A stretch of DNA of 64,000 nucleotides, taken from contig CAZNIG010000003.1 of the NCBI GenBank assembly GCA_964573055.1, positions 9,443 through 73,442 on the forward strand, written 5' to 3'. Numbering within the stretch: position 1 is the first letter of the stretch; each line of letters starts with the position of its first letter. Below, one piece after another: positions 9,685-19,371 of the stretch. The notes under the pieces are model-generated. The model made no database searches and was not told where the DNA came from. It saw nothing but the letters and a program-made list of their open reading frames with translations. The stretch is from an uncultured Dehalococcoidia bacterium (GTDB taxonomy: Bacteria > Chloroflexota > Dehalococcoidia > Lucifugimonadales > UBA2985). Position numbers and translations under genes: made by a program.

Positions 9685-11280
9685 ATGCAATTCAACTCTA
9701 GACGCTCACCAATGGAAGCGAAGAATGGGATGGTAGCCACTACTCAACCACTAGCCGCTATGGCTGGCCTGCGTGTTTTAATGCAGGGAGGCAACGCCGT
9801 AGACGCAGCCGTAGCAACTGCGGCAGCTCTAAACGTTGTAGAACCAATGTCAACCGGCATTGGCGGCGACGCCTTTGCCCTTATATGGAACGCTAAGAGC
9901 AAAAAAGTGTCTGCGCTAAACGCTGGTGGGCGAGCACCAGGATCAGCATCTCTAGACGAGCTAAGAAACCAAGGGCTATCGGCTATACCAGCTAATAGTC
10001 CTTATGCAATTTCAGTGCCAGGAACAGTTGATGGATGGCATTCAATACTTGCCTCACATGGCACTATGCCACTGTCAGAAGTACTGAAACCAGCTATAGA
10101 GTATGCAGAACAAGGATTTCCAGTATCACAAGTCATTGCAAACCAGTGGCAGGGAAGTGCCACTAAGTTAGCTAATCAACCGTCCGGTTACGAGTTCCTC
10201 ATAGAAGGTAATGCTCCGAATAGAGGAGACATTGTAAAGTTGCCCACCTTAGCCAATACATTGCGATTGATTTCCGAAGGTGGTCGAGATGCCTTTTACA
10301 AAGGACCAATTGCAAATCAGATCGCGAACTTCGTTCAAGATCACGGGGGTTGGCTCTCAACAGAAGATTTATCATCCCATACTTCTACCTGGGTAGAACC
10401 TATACACACGGATTACCGAGGTGTAACCTGTTGGGAATGTCCGCCAAATGGTCAGGGACTCATCGCACTAACATCTCTAAACATTGTAGAGGGATTCGAT
10501 CTACATTCTATGGGACTCCAATCCCCAGATACCTACCATCACCTTATTGAAGCAATGCGCCTGTCATTAGCTGATGGTTTGCAATACATCACAGACCCAG
10601 AGACAAATTACGTACCAACAAATGAACTTCTCTCGAAGTCATACGCCTCTAAAAGGCGAAAACTTATTCAGAAAGATAAAGCAATTCCTAGAGTCTCTTA
10701 CGGAGATGTGTTGTCAAGCAGCGACACCGTGTACCTTTCGTGTGTGGATGGTAATGGGAACGCATGCTCATTTATAAATAGTCTCTTGTCAGGATTTGGA
10801 ACAGGCCTTGTAGTACCCGGTACAGGTATCGCACTCCACAATAGAGCATCCCTATTTTCTCTTGACCCAGATCATCCCAACGCGTTGGCACCTCACAAAA
10901 GACCATTTCACACCATAATTCCGGCCCTAGCTACGAAGCAGGGAGAACTATGGCTGAGCTTAGGGGTAATGGGCAGGATGCAACAAGCACAAGGCCACTT
11001 ACAGGTAATGGTTAATATGGTTGACTTCGGAATGAACCCTCAAGAAGCGTTGGACGCTTTAAGATTTACTGTCCGGCAAGATGGTACTGTAGGATTAGAA
11101 GAAGGTGTACCATCGGAAGTTCACAAGATACTTAGCCGACGCGGCCACGATATCGCAATACTCACAGATTATCAGAGAACTGCTTTTGGTAGTGGTCAAA
11201 TCATAGAGAGAAATCTTGAAAGTGGTGTACTCACAGGAGGATCAGAGCCACGTAAAGATGGATTGGCAATAGGTTGGTGA
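9685..11280 (+). CDS. ggt: Gamma-glutamyltransferase family protein (no obvious signal peptide)
   Basis: 531 aa. It has a GGT N-terminal region (GGNAVDAAVATAAALNVVEPMSTGIGGD) and an autoprocessing Thr context (SSSDTVYLS). Confidence 0.9.
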   Translation: MQFNSRRSPMEAKNGMVATTQPLAAMAGLRVLMQGGNAVDAAVATAAALNVVEPMSTGIGGDAFALIWNAKSKKVSALNAGGRAPGSASLDELRNQGLSAIPANSPYAISVPGTVDGWHSILASHGTMPLSEVLKPAIEYAEQGFPVSQVIANQWQGSATKLANQPSGYEFLIEGNAPNRGDIVKLPTLANTLRLISEGGRDAFYKGPIANQIANFVQDHGGWLSTEDLSSHTSTWVEPIHTDYRGVTCWECPPNGQGLIALTSLNIVEGFDLHSMGLQSPDTYHHLIEAMRLSLADGLQYITDPETNYVPTNELLSKSYASKRRKLIQKDKAIPRVSYGDVLSSSDTVYLSCVDGNGNACSFINSLLSGFGTGLVVPGTGIALHNRASLFSLDPDHPNALAPHKRPFHTIIPALATKQGELWLSLGVMGRMQQAQGHLQVMVNMVDFGMNPQEALDALRFTVRQDGTVGLEEGVPSEVHKILSRRGHDIAILTDYQRTAFGSGQIIERNLESGVLTGGSEPRKDGLAIGW

Positions 11281-11379
11281 ATAAGCTATCACTTTCATGC
11301 TCTTCGATAAAAAGACAGACGAATAAGACTCAAGCTTGCTTTGTTAGCCGAGGGAATCCAGTGAGTTCAAGTTACTAAG

Positions 11380-12612
11380 GTGCTATCTTCAATTTTTAAC
11401 CTTCCCACCTTCAGAGCTTTGGGGAACCAATCTTATGCCAGGCTCTGGGTATCTAGTTTATTTCTTTACGTATCTAGGACTGTAGAAATTATAGTACTGT
11501 CCTGGTTAACCCTCGAGATTACTGACTCTCCGTCTCAGGTGGCGTGGGTTGGTGTTAGCAGAATGACCCCCATGTTCCTAATGGGCCTACTAGCTGGCAG
11601 CCTTGCTGACAGACTTCCCAAGTTAAAAGTTCTAATCGGAATCCAAATACTTAATATAGTAGTAAGTTGCTTTGTTATAGGGCTCCTAATATATGGCAAT
11701 ATCGCAATCTGGCAAGTTTACCTAGCGATATTCCTAACAGGTATGGGCTGGACCTTGGACTTTGCAGCTAGGCGCTCATACTACTCGGAACTTTTCCCTC
11801 CAGGCGGTCTAGTCAATGCAGTATCCTTGGATACAGCATCAATGACCGGAAGCTTTATGCTGGGTCCAGCCTTAGGGGGCTGGCTCATTTCTATTGTTGG
11901 ATTTTCTGGAGCTTACATAGTGATGCTGGGATTGTACATAGTAGGGCTGATCGCCATCTGTTCAATCAAGACTAATGACCCGAAGACAGAAACCAGTCTC
12001 AGACCCGTACAAAGTATTCTCTCGCAAGTCGTCGGAGCAGCACGAATGGCCAGATATAATCAGACCGTATGGGCAGTTTTCTTAGTGACATTTGCTTTAA
12101 ACTTCTTTGGATTTCCATACATGCAAATGGTACCGGTAATTGCTCGTGATGTCCTTGGCGTAGACGAGATTCTATTCGGATTATTGATGTCAAGCGCTGG
12201 ATTAGGAGCACTAACGGGGTCTCTAATAATAGCTTCGCGACAAATTATCCAACAAGGAACCCTGTACTCTCTCGGGGCATGCTTGATGCTACTAGCCTTG
12301 ATCTTATTCGCTGTTTCTGAGGTATACATAGTATCACTGTTACTGCTCTTCGTAGTAGGACTAGGTACATCAGGCTTCGGTACAATGCAAATAGCCATAA
12401 CACTAAGAGTGGTGAGTCCTGAAATGAGAGGAAGAGCCATGGGTGCTATAGCTTTAGGAATAGGTGCAAGTCCCATTGGGCTGACAGTGGTGGGTCAACT
12501 AGCAGAGGCTATTGGAGCTCAAGCAGCTCTGAGTATATCAGCCTCTGTGGGGCTAGTTATAATTTGGATCATGCGCTTTAAATTGCCTCCTTTGCGAGAC
12601 CTTGTGGAATAG
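11380..12612 (+). CDS. MFS transporter
   Basis: 410 aa with a GTG start and about 12 predicted hydrophobic helices. An MFS-like loop motif (LAGSLADRLPK) is present. Confidence 0.8.
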   Translation: MLSSIFNLPTFRALGNQSYARLWVSSLFLYVSRTVEIIVLSWLTLEITDSPSQVAWVGVSRMTPMFLMGLLAGSLADRLPKLKVLIGIQILNIVVSCFVIGLLIYGNIAIWQVYLAIFLTGMGWTLDFAARRSYYSELFPPGGLVNAVSLDTASMTGSFMLGPALGGWLISIVGFSGAYIVMLGLYIVGLIAICSIKTNDPKTETSLRPVQSILSQVVGAARMARYNQTVWAVFLVTFALNFFGFPYMQMVPVIARDVLGVDEILFGLLMSSAGLGALTGSLIIASRQIIQQGTLYSLGACLMLLALILFAVSEVYIVSLLLLFVVGLGTSGFGTMQIAITLRVVSPEMRGRAMGAIALGIGASPIGLTVVGQLAEAIGAQAALSISASVGLVIIWIMRFKLPPLRDLVE

Positions 12613-12687
12613 CGACGGTAACCCAAATCACACCCAATAAACCTATTAGTGATTTTAGGATGGTATATAAGACCTAACCCTATCGGT

Positions 12688-13464
12688 CTATAGCTTTGTC
12701 ATAACTCCACCCTCGACATATACAGTGTGGCCTGACATATAACCGCATGCATCTGACCCCAAATAAACAGCTAATGCGCCCACTTCGTCCGGACTACCCA
12801 GCCTATGCATCGGCAAATAACGTTGTAGCCGTTCTATTAATTCTGGATTATTAACAGCAATCGGATCACCCTCCATCCACCCCAAACCCAATCCGTTAAC
12901 GTATACTCCACTAGGCCCCCATTCTAATGCGGCCGCCTTAGTGAGCTGTGTAACACCACCCTTGGCAATACAATACGCAGCCACATTGGGTAGACCACGC
13001 TCTCCGAGAGCTGATGTGACATTGACAACACGGCCTCCCCCATTAGCTATCATATGCCTACCAACATGCTTCATAGTCCAAAAAACACCACTCAAGTTGG
13101 CTGCCAGTACGATATCTAATTCTGCATCTGTAACATCCACCAATGGCTTAGCAAATGCCAAGTCAAAGTTGTTTACCAAAATGTCTACGCGACCCAATTT
13201 AGTTAAAGCTGCCTGAACCATCCTGTCGGCACCATCATCACTCGCCATAGCCGTAACTTCCACCTCAATATCTGAGGTGCCTGATTCCGACCCCGTCACG
13301 AAACTCGATGATGATTTCGTAACAGTAACTCTCAACATATCTGCCCCTGCTTCAGTCATCGCAGAGCAAATAGCTTGGCCAACATTATTATTAGCTCCAA
13401 CCAAAAGGCCCTTTTTCCCATGAAGATCAAAACCATTTAGAGGCATCTGACTCTCCTTTAACAA
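12688..13464 (-). CDS. SDR-family oxidoreductase
   Basis: 258 aa with a Rossmann-type N-terminus (GLLVGANNNVGQAI) and the YxxxK catalytic region (AAYCIAKGG). Confidence 0.85.
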   Translation of the reverse strand: MLKESQMPLNGFDLHGKKGLLVGANNNVGQAICSAMTEAGADMLRVTVTKSSSSFVTGSESGTSDIEVEVTAMASDDGADRMVQAALTKLGRVDILVNNFDLAFAKPLVDVTDAELDIVLAANLSGVFWTMKHVGRHMIANGGGRVVNVTSALGERGLPNVAAYCIAKGGVTQLTKAAALEWGPSGVYVNGLGLGWMEGDPIAVNNPELIERLQRYLPMHRLGSPDEVGALAVYLGSDACGYMSGHTVYVEGGVMTKL

Positions 13465-13486
13465 AATCTAACTAGTCTATTAACAT

Positions 13487-14296
13487 TTACAAAGTTACAA
13501 CCGGCACCAATTGGACAGGACCAAGCCCATCTACCATTCCTCCACCATCAATACATATTGACTGCCCAGTGACATAAGATGAAGCATCTGATGCCAAAAA
13601 CACCGCCAATGGGCCGAGTTCAGAGGCGAAGCCAATCCGTCGCACCGGCACAAACCTTCCTCTTTGCCTTAGGAGATCCCAATCCTCCTCGGTCTCTGGA
13701 TCAGTCTGAGAGACAAATCCCGGTACAATACAATTAACTCTGATATTATCGTCGACCAATGTAAGAGCAAGAGATTTGGTAAAGGTAATTGTTCCCGCCT
13801 TAGCAGAATTATACATAAAGCTATTAGGCGCACCTCTCATACCATGGCCAGAGGCCACATTTATAATCACACCAGCCCTCTGACTTACCATGTATGGGCC
13901 CGCAGCCCGAATACAGTAAAACGCACCGGTAAGATTGGTATCAATGCCAACTCTCCAATCATCATCTGTCAACTCAAACAACGATTTGCCACGACCGGCT
14001 CCTCCTCCACCAGCGTTGTTAAGCAAAATGTCTATTTTCCCGAATTCCTGTATTACTTGCTGAACCATAGAATCCACTTGCACTGAGTCAGTTACATCAG
14101 TTTTTATCGCAATCCCTCGTCTGCCCAAAGCCTCAACCTGCTTTATCACATCTTCTATAGGCTCAGGACGCCTAGCAGCTAAAACTATGTCAGCCCCGGC
14201 TTCAGCCATAGCCAAAGCCATCGCCTTACCAAGGCCTGTTCCTCCACCCGTGACAACTGCGATCCGATCGTCCAATCTTAGCTTCTCAAGTGTCAT
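13487..14296 (-). CDS. SDR-family oxidoreductase (3-oxoacyl-ACP reductase-like)
   Basis: 269 aa with TGGGTGLG cofactor motif, NNAG, and YNSAK catalytic motif. AGGAGG SD upstream. Confidence 0.85.
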   Translation of the reverse strand: MTLEKLRLDDRIAVVTGGGTGLGKAMALAMAEAGADIVLAARRPEPIEDVIKQVEALGRRGIAIKTDVTDSVQVDSMVQQVIQEFGKIDILLNNAGGGGAGRGKSLFELTDDDWRVGIDTNLTGAFYCIRAAGPYMVSQRAGVIINVASGHGMRGAPNSFMYNSAKAGTITFTKSLALTLVDDNIRVNCIVPGFVSQTDPETEEDWDLLRQRGRFVPVRRIGFASELGPLAVFLASDASSYVTGQSICIDGGGMVDGLGPVQLVPVVTL

Positions 14297-14876
14297 ATTT
14301 ATCCTCCTATTCCTGGTAAAAAGCTCCGGATCATAATACTTAATTTGCTTATTATTGCCCTTTTATAAAGATAAATTAGCAGTATAGACACCTTAACAAA
14401 AACAAATGTAAGCTTCTCCACCATATTAACCAGCCAAGCCCACGATTTAAATAATCGCAACCTTGGTGTCGTTTACTGTTTGCGGATTAACACATAATCA
14501 AAAGGAGTGCAATCCTCCAAATAACCCTTTAGACATAATGCATTTTGTTGATTGACCATAAATCACATTGATCGACAAAAGATAGGTGGCTTATAATCAC
14601 CATGAATTGGACCGATTAAAGACTATGGAGTATCGCCTTCCGTTGTCGAAAGCCTCGTATACCACGCTAGCATCAATATACACCCTCAGGACGACCACCA
14701 CCGATTATTACCCCATACCCTCCCGGCGCAACATCCTAGGCGTAATTTTGTAGTCAAATTGACCATAGACCTTAGCCAGCCACTAGGGCAAATACGCCCT
14801 AGATATGACACAGTGCCTAGGCAGCCCCAGTCATAATAACTACCTAGACACTATATCAGTTCTTACTCTAGAGAAG

Positions 14877-14915
14877 GTTTTGGGGTTATCAGAAATATAC
14901 CAGAGACCCCAAAAC
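14877..14915. terminator. 10-bp hairpin (GTTTTGGGGT..ACCCCAAAAC) just downstream of the FAH gene stop
   Basis: The inverted repeat was read directly. It is 9 nt past the stop codon at 14924-14926. There is no clear U-tract on either strand. Confidence 0.35.
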
Positions 14916-14923
14916 TACCTATC

Positions 14924-15898
14924 CTATCCCGTACCAGCGGGAGGAAAGGGCCATGTTCCTCTGTGCCAGACACCCTTGAGCTTCTCACGATTTGCCGCAT
15001 TCAAGGCAGGAGAACGCAAAGCTGAAGGGTCCCAAGTTCGCTTAAGTGAATCGACAACATTATTTGAACTGGCACCGACTTTATCTATGCTGATCTCTGC
15101 AAAATCACCATCCTGAAGTGGCCCAAGGTTGCCATGATTTGTGCCAGCAATGATGAGATCCCCAGGCATCAAGGTCATCACGTGAGATACGGTAGCAATG
15201 ATATATGCCACGTTGTGATCCATATCATCAGTGTTATAGTCCTGCCTCAGCTCCCCATTCACCCAATAGCGAACCCTAAGACTGTTTGGGTTACTGATCT
15301 CATCCGCAGTAGTAATAGCAGGGCCTATAGGTGTAAAGGTATCAAAGCTCTTCCCGTAGTGAGCATCTGCAGTACCAGGTAGCTGGGCTTCTCCTTCTGA
15401 CGGTGCACGCGCCGACACATCAACCGCAGTCGTATAGCCGAAAACGTAATTTAGTGCATCTGCTTCTAGGACGTTTTTGGCTGGCTTACCAATAACAAAA
15501 GCTAGCTCAGCTTCATGGTTAAAAATGACTGGCTTATGTTTCGGAAGTACTACTGTATCCCCAGGTCCAATTATAGACTCAGGTGATTTGAAGAAAGTCC
15601 GCAGTGGCCGCGCTGGAACTATTGGTACTCCTTCTTGGTAGTTTCCCTGACCAGCAATAATCTTACCCGGCCTAGGAACCGGCGGCCTCAACCGAACCTG
15701 GTCGCCAAATGGTATCACACTTCCCTTCTCTGCCAGAACTTCTAGCCTAGGCCTAAGAGAATTGAAGTTGACTATAATCTTCTCCAACATGAACTGCGGC
15801 GAGGACACCTTTAGGGCGCTGACCGCGTCCGATATGTCAACAACGCCATCTTCTTTTACGATGCACGGTAGGAACTCATTGTAAAAACCAATCTTCAA
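14924..15898 (-). CDS. Fumarylacetoacetate hydrolase (FAH) family protein, paralogue 1
   Basis: 324 aa with FAH-fold motifs (VIFNHEAELAFVIG; GYTTAVDVSAR; GKSFDTFTPIGP; MTLMPGDLIIAGT). Confidence 0.85.
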   Translation of the reverse strand: MKIGFYNEFLPCIVKEDGVVDISDAVSALKVSSPQFMLEKIIVNFNSLRPRLEVLAEKGSVIPFGDQVRLRPPVPRPGKIIAGQGNYQEGVPIVPARPLRTFFKSPESIIGPGDTVVLPKHKPVIFNHEAELAFVIGKPAKNVLEADALNYVFGYTTAVDVSARAPSEGEAQLPGTADAHYGKSFDTFTPIGPAITTADEISNPNSLRVRYWVNGELRQDYNTDDMDHNVAYIIATVSHVMTLMPGDLIIAGTNHGNLGPLQDGDFAEISIDKVGASSNNVVDSLKRTWDPSALRSPALNAANREKLKGVWHRGTWPFPPAGTG

Positions 15899-15964
15899 AA
15901 TAACCCCCGTTTCTCGAACTGCCTTTATAATTTTTCAGTATTAGACTAATTAGGCGAACCTATG

Positions 15965-16924
15965 CTAAGCCCCGCCAAACGGCTGGAACGGCCATGACCC
16001 TGGATGTGGCTGACCTTTCTGGGATTCTCGTCTGGCCGCCAACTCCTCTGGTTGGCGTAGTTTGCGTGGATCCCATTTCCGCTTGAGAGAATCCACAACG
16101 ATATTTGTGTTACGCCCAACCTTTTCTATCTCTATCTCTGCCACATCGCCATCCTGAAGGGGCCCGAGATAACTGTGGTTGGTTCCAGCCATGATAATGT
16201 CACCAGGTTTAAGCGTCATCACATGAGAAAGAGCAGCTATAACGTAGGCAATGCTATGCTCCATATCACTGGTATTATAATTCTGGCGTAGTTCACCATT
16301 TACTCGGTACTGTATACCCAAGTTGTTAGGATCGCTTATTTCATCGGCAGTGGTGATCCCAGGGCCTATTGGCAAGAAAGTATCAAAACTCTTCCCGTAA
16401 CCACCTGGTAAATCACCCTCGCCTTCTGTAGGCGCCCGTGCGGAAACATCAACGCCCGTAGTGTATCCGAAGACATACCCAAGAGCATCCTCTATGGCAA
16501 CCTCTTTCGCATCCTTCCCAATCACCACACATAGTTCGGCTTCATGGTTAAATATAACCGGCCTAAAGGTAGGCAAAACCACTGTGTCTCCAGGTCCTAT
16601 AACGGCATCTGGGGATTTAAAGAATGAAATAAGTGGGCGTGGGGGGTCTATTGGAACATATTCCATGTAATTGGTGTTCCCACACAAGACCTTACCTGGC
16701 CTGGGAAGTGGGGCGCGAAGCCGTACATTCCCCAAAGGAATCGTTGTACCATTAGTATTTAGTTGCTCTAATTTCGGCCTAAGGGTCTCGAAATTCGATA
16801 TAATACTTTCCATCAGCAATTGCGGGGAGCCTTCGTCCATGGACTTCACCTCATCTGTGATGTCCACAACACCGTCATCTTTCAAGATACAGGGCCGAAA
16901 ATCATCGTAGAATCCGATTTTCAT
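15965..16924 (-). CDS. Fumarylacetoacetate hydrolase (FAH) family protein, paralogue 2
   Basis: 319 aa. By eye it is collinear and roughly two-thirds identical to the adjacent 14924-15898 product, from MKIGFY.. to VVDSLKR.WDP. Confidence 0.85.
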   Translation of the reverse strand: MKIGFYDDFRPCILKDDGVVDITDEVKSMDEGSPQLLMESIISNFETLRPKLEQLNTNGTTIPLGNVRLRAPLPRPGKVLCGNTNYMEYVPIDPPRPLISFFKSPDAVIGPGDTVVLPTFRPVIFNHEAELCVVIGKDAKEVAIEDALGYVFGYTTGVDVSARAPTEGEGDLPGGYGKSFDTFLPIGPGITTADEISDPNNLGIQYRVNGELRQNYNTSDMEHSIAYVIAALSHVMTLKPGDIIMAGTNHSYLGPLQDGDVAEIEIEKVGRNTNIVVDSLKRKWDPRKLRQPEELAARRESQKGQPHPGSWPFQPFGGA

Positions 16925-17189
16925 GTAGTCCTTCCTCCCTCAATTAAAATAGCCCGATGATAGCAACAATAATCAGAGAATTGAACGGAGCCGGGCCGCG
17001 CGCAGCATACAGCCAACCGTAGCTTTATGTCAAACAATACAAGTCAGAAAAATGACTTCGTGAGAGAAGCTTGGATGGCATTAGTTTGTAGAACCTAAGT
17101 CCTTCAGAATGTGAACGCTGAAGAAGCAAACTGCGAGAGTTACCAAGGGCAATTTACTAGCTGTTTACCCACTAGCAAACACCAAGAGT

Positions 17190-17287
17190 TGGCGGGAGTG
17201 GGAGGGAGTCGAACCCACCGTAGACACCGTAGGGCGCCCACCAACGGATTTGAAGTCCGCGAAGCCCACCAGGACCTATCCACTCCC
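17190..17287 (-). tRNA. selC: tRNA-Sec (anticodon UCA)
   Basis: The reverse complement is GGGAGTGGATAGGTCCTGGTGGGCTTCGCGGACTTCAAATCCGTTGGTGGGCGCCCTACGGTGTCTACGGTGGGTTCGACTCCCTCCCACTCCCGCCA.
- 8-bp acceptor stem (GGGAGTGG/CCACTCCC) + G + CCA
- 6-bp D stem with a 4-nt loop
- anticodon loop CU-UCA-AA
- long variable arm
- GGTTCGACTCC T-arm
The GGACTTCAAATCC and GGTTCGACTCC blocks are identical to E. coli selC as I recall it. Confidence 0.88.
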
Positions 17288-17370
17288 ACTAGGCATTCGG
17301 TTGAGCTACAGCGCAGAAACCTGAGAGGAACTCTTAATCATCAGCGAATCGGGCTGAGCGGGAGATCCGC

Positions 17371-17694
17371 TTATAGGGCTGATTCTAGGTGCTTTTTAAT
17401 TACCGCTTTAGGAACTGCTCCTACTACTTGGTCTATTGGATTCCCTCCCTTGAATACTAGCAAGGTTGGAATGCTTCTTATGCCATATTTCATCGCTGTT
17501 TCTGGGTTGGTATCAACATCTACCTTAGTAAATTTCACCTTCCCGTCATATTCCTGAGCTAGGTCATCTAATACAGGAGCAACCATCTTGCATGGTGCGC
17601 ACCAATCGGCCCAGAAATCTACCAACACAGGCGTATCAGCATCTAATACTTCCTGCTGGAAATCACCGTCTGTAACCGGTTTAGGATCTGACAT
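17371..17694 (-). CDS. trxA: Thioredoxin
   Basis: WCAPC active site ([11 protein letters not shown]). I chose the start at ATG 17694-17692 (MSDPKPV..) because AGGAGGG sits 5 nt upstream. The track ORF extends to 17766. Confidence 0.9.
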   Translation of the reverse strand: MSDPKPVTDGDFQQEVLDADTPVLVDFWADWCAPCKMVAPVLDDLAQEYDGKVKFTKVDVDTNPETAMKYGIRSIPTLLVFKGGNPIDQVVGAVPKAVIKKHLESAL

Positions 17695-17866
17695 ATATAC
17701 CCTCCTAGGCTGCATCACTGATGCTATGTTGTTCTCAGCCGAAAGCGCCGCTAATTCCTGATTCACAGTCGGCCTCTTCCAAATTCACCCTATCTACAAC
17801 GGCTGTTCAGTTCGGTATTTACAAGCTGGGTGAACCACTGGAGTGTAAGACACTAAAGATAAGCCG

Positions 17867-19345
17867 TCAACTCTGCCGCATTAGTTCGCGGGATTGTTCT
17901 AGTCTTTTTAAGCATCTGTCCCTGCCCAAAACGAACATGGTCTCAAATAAAGGTGGCGCAGCCTTACGACCAGTGGCGGCAACACGAATTGTGCCAAAAA
18001 CCTGTCCAGTTTTGACGTCGATATCCAGATCATCAGAAATATCTCTTAAGGCACTTTCTATATATTCAACAGACCAATCTGCAATATCCGTGACTTTCTG
18101 TAACGCGGCATCCAGAACAATCTGGGTACTATCTCTATCCATGCCTTTTTGAATCAACTCATCTGCATTGTTATATTCCAGTGAATCTAGGAAAAAAAAC
18201 TCCATTAGGTCAGCTGCATCAGTTAATGTCTTAAGGCGCTCCTGAACCAATGGGATAATGGCATTTACATAATCCTCAGATAAAGGACGCGGCACCAGTA
18301 CTGGCAATGATTCATCCAATATCCTCAAAACACGCCCCGCCAGGTCCTCTTGTGTAAGTTGTCTTATATACACCCCGTTCATCCACGTCAATTTTTCCAG
18401 ACTGAAAATTGCACCCGCTTTGCCAAGTCTCTCGATAGAAAATTGTCTGACCAGTTCGTCTAACTCAAGAAACTCCGTGTGATCATCTAAGGACCACCCC
18501 AACAGAGCCAAGAAATTGCACATTGCTTCAGGTAGGTATCCGGAATCGCGATAATGAAGAACTGAAACAGCGCCATGACGCTTGCTCAATTTCGAGCGAT
18601 CTGGACCAAGAATAATTGGTAGATGGGCGAATATCGGTTCCTGATAACCCAGAGCGTGGTACAGCCTAATATGTCTTGGAGTGCTAGAAAGCCATTCATC
18701 AGCTCGCAAAACATGACTTATTTCCATATTATGATCGTCTACTACACTGGCCAAGTGGTAAGTAGGATACCCATCCGATTTCAGGATCACAAAATCATCT
18801 ATGGTTTCATTTGCAAATGCAACCTCGCCACGAATAAGATCATGGGATACTGTTTCCCCTCCTAGAGGCATCTTGAACCTCACCACAAACGGCTTCCCGT
18901 CATTCTCCATAGCTGCCCTTTTCAGATCATCTAGTTCTCGACAGCGACGGTCGTACCCAGGAGACTCTCCATTACGACGTCGACGCTCGCGCATCTCATT
19001 TAATTCCTGAGTAGTGCAGTAACATTTATAAGCAAATTGCCCGGATATTAAATCTTCGGCTGCCTGGCGATACAAAGCAATGCGTTCAGACTGTATATAA
19101 GGACCATATGGACCGCCAACCAAGGGACCCTCGTCCCAATCCAAACCAAGCCACTGTAACGATCCTAAAATAGAGTCAACTGCTCCGTCCACCGTCCTAG
19201 CTACATCAGTGTCCTCTATCCTTAATATGAATGTCCCACCACTATGCCTGGCATAAAGCCAGTTGAATAGGGCCGTGCGAATATTCCCAACGTGTGGCTC
19301 GCCGGTCGGACTAGGAGCAAACCTAACTCTTACAGGTTTTAGCAT
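17867..19345 (-). CDS. gltX: Glutamate--tRNA ligase
   Basis: 492 aa with a class I HIGH variant (PTGEPHVGNIRTAL) and KLSKR (KMSKS-type) motif. Confidence 0.95.
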   Translation of the reverse strand: MLKPVRVRFAPSPTGEPHVGNIRTALFNWLYARHSGGTFILRIEDTDVARTVDGAVDSILGSLQWLGLDWDEGPLVGGPYGPYIQSERIALYRQAAEDLISGQFAYKCYCTTQELNEMRERRRRNGESPGYDRRCRELDDLKRAAMENDGKPFVVRFKMPLGGETVSHDLIRGEVAFANETIDDFVILKSDGYPTYHLASVVDDHNMEISHVLRADEWLSSTPRHIRLYHALGYQEPIFAHLPIILGPDRSKLSKRHGAVSVLHYRDSGYLPEAMCNFLALLGWSLDDHTEFLELDELVRQFSIERLGKAGAIFSLEKLTWMNGVYIRQLTQEDLAGRVLRILDESLPVLVPRPLSEDYVNAIIPLVQERLKTLTDAADLMEFFFLDSLEYNNADELIQKGMDRDSTQIVLDAALQKVTDIADWSVEYIESALRDISDDLDIDVKTGQVFGTIRVAATGRKAAPPLFETMFVLGRDRCLKRLEQSRELMRQS

Positions 19346-19371
19346 ATTAACTCAGGGATTATCATAGAGCT

